Shown here in pieces: positions 33,244 to 34,184 of a stretch of DNA of 34,184 bases. The notes below the pieces were generated by a model. That model did no database searches. It was not told where the DNA came from and was given only the letters and a program-made list of their open reading frames with translations. This DNA is from Acidimicrobiia bacterium (GTDB lineage: Bacteria; Actinomycetota; Acidimicrobiia; Spongiisociales; JAENVV01). The stretch is taken from the NCBI GenBank assembly GCA_040883295.1, contig JBFLKR010000048.1:1-34184 (forward strand), in the 5' to 3' direction. Numbering within the stretch: the stretch's first letter is position 1; each line of letters begins with the position of its first letter. A program made the translations under genes and the position numbers.

Positions 33244-34184
33244 ATGGTGTCGCCCACGACCTCCAAGCCGCGTGCCCTCGACCCCGTCGAGGCGGTGGCC
33301 GACGACACCCGGATCTACGAGATCGACGGGTGCCTGCTGCCGCACCCATACCGCTTCGACCCCGCCGACGCCGCCCACCTCGCCCGCCTGCCCGACGGGC
33401 GGATCCGGCTCCGGCTCGTCACAGGCCCCGACGTGGTCGACGCCCGGGTGACCGTCCGCTCGGGTGAGGCGGTGACGACCCACGCCATGGCGGCCGAGGT
33501 CATCGGGTCCTCGCTCGTCGTCTGGTCCGCCACCCCTGCGATGGCCGCCGGTGACGAGTACTCCCTCGCCTTCCTCGACGACCACGACCGGGCCTTCTAC
33601 CTCACCACCGCAGGCGTGGCCGGGGCGGTCGAGCGGCTCGACCGCTGGGTGCTGGACCTCGCCGAGGTGCCGACCGTCGATGTCCCCGACTGGGTGCGGG
33701 GTGCGGTGATCTATCAGATCTTCCCTGACCGGTTCGCCAACGCCGACCCGTCGACCGATCCCGACGGCGTCGACCCCTGGGGCGCCGAGCCCCGCCGCGA
33801 CGGTTTCCAGGGCGGCGACCTCGCCGGCATCGTCGACCACCTCGACCACCTCGAGCGGCTCGGGGTCGAGGTGCTGTACCTGAACCCGGTCGTCACCTCC
33901 CCCTCCAACCACCGCTACGACGCCAGCGACTACCACCACGTCGACCCGATCCTCGGGGGCGACGAGGCGTTCGATGCGTTGCGGGCCGCCACCGCCGAGC
34001 GAGGCATTCGGCTGGTCGTCGACCTCTCGATCAACCACTGCCACCCGCTGCACGAGACCTTCGCCGACGTCCGCGACCATGGCCCGGACTCGCCCTACTG
34101 GTCGTGGTTCCGGATCCACGAGTGGCCGCTCGAGGTGCGCTATCGGCCCCATCGGCGGCCCAGGGACTTCGCCCACTTCGGCGA
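33244..34184 (+). CDS. GH13 alpha-glucosidase / maltodextrin glucosidase-neopullulanase-like enzyme, N-terminal 313 codons; continues past the right edge
   Basis: Not in the ORF track (no stop in window). Own translation from ATG 33244: MVSPTTSKPRALDP...VPDWVRGAVIYQIFPDRFANADPS...FQGGDLAGIVDHLDHLERLGVEVLYLNPVVTSPSNHRYDASDYHHVDPILGG...GIRLVVDLSINH, i.e. GH13 conserved regions. Confidence 0.85.
   Translation, partial: MVSPTTSKPRALDPVEAVADDTRIYEIDGCLLPHPYRFDPADAAHLARLPDGRIRLRLVTGPDVVDARVTVRSGEAVTTHAMAAEVIGSSLVVWSATPAMAAGDEYSLAFLDDHDRAFYLTTAGVAGAVERLDRWVLDLAEVPTVDVPDWVRGAVIYQIFPDRFANADPSTDPDGVDPWGAEPRRDGFQGGDLAGIVDHLDHLERLGVEVLYLNPVVTSPSNHRYDASDYHHVDPILGGDEAFDALRAATAERGIRLVVDLSINHCHPLHETFADVRDHGPDSPYWSWFRIHEWPLEVRYRPHRRPRDFAHFG

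Noticed and set aside
16689-34176. Other long alternative-frame ORFs: 16689..17999 (-), 17237..18448 (+), 19708..20772 (-), 22145..23875 (-), 22096..23904 (+), 23960..26383 (-), 25981..27252 (-), 28107..30086 (-), 30810..31772 (-), 32905..34176 (-)
   Set aside because: Each overlaps a confidently assigned gene in another frame or strand and translates to Arg/Gly/Pro/Asp-rich sequence without family features.

Overview
High-GC (about 70% by eye), densely coding chromosomal segment with actinobacterial hallmarks: many GTG starts, 4-nt stop/start overlaps, probable leaderless genes, Mtb-like MazEF and an AtpZ/AtpI-led atp operon. I saw no rRNA, tRNA, CRISPR, transposase or integrase.

Layout:
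(i) 1-5.4 kb: a stress-sigma island. It holds a partial PP2C phosphatase, dps, two small membrane proteins, the operon STAS -> degenerate RsbW-like -> RsbW-like::SigB/F-type sigma fusion, a divergent degenerate RsbW-like gene, a DUF6328-RsbW operon and a ferredoxin.
(ii) 5.5-9.0 kb: an asymmetric heterodimeric ABC exporter.
(iii) 9.2-16.2 kb: a complete F1Fo ATP synthase operon (atpZ-I-B-E-F-H-A-G-D-C).
(iv) 16.2-19.7 kb, minus strand: glsA, prolyl oligopeptidase, SRPBCC.
(v) 19.8-22.1 kb: PIG-L deacetylase, VOC protein, DUF1801 protein, dienelactone hydrolase.
(vi) 22.2-26.2 kb: ABC-F ATPase, mazEF, typA.
(vii) rpe and a DUF2332 protein.
(viii) 28.1-34.2 kb: a maltodextrin cluster (MalK/MsiK-type ATPase, malE, malF, malG, partial GH13 enzyme).

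Most interesting:
- Five intergenic, correctly oriented copies of the identical motif GGTTT-N16-GGGTAGG (SigB/SigF-class promoter) surround the local sigma gene.
- That sigma carries a covalently fused RsbW-like domain and is flanked by three further RsbW-like paralogues, only one of which keeps the ATP-binding Asn.
- A 51-nt palindromic element occurs twice, each time just after a stop codon.
- Four LacI-type operators sit in the mal cluster with no regulator gene in view.
- Several genes show leaderless geometry.

All calls come from reading the sequence and ORF translations. No database search was possible.
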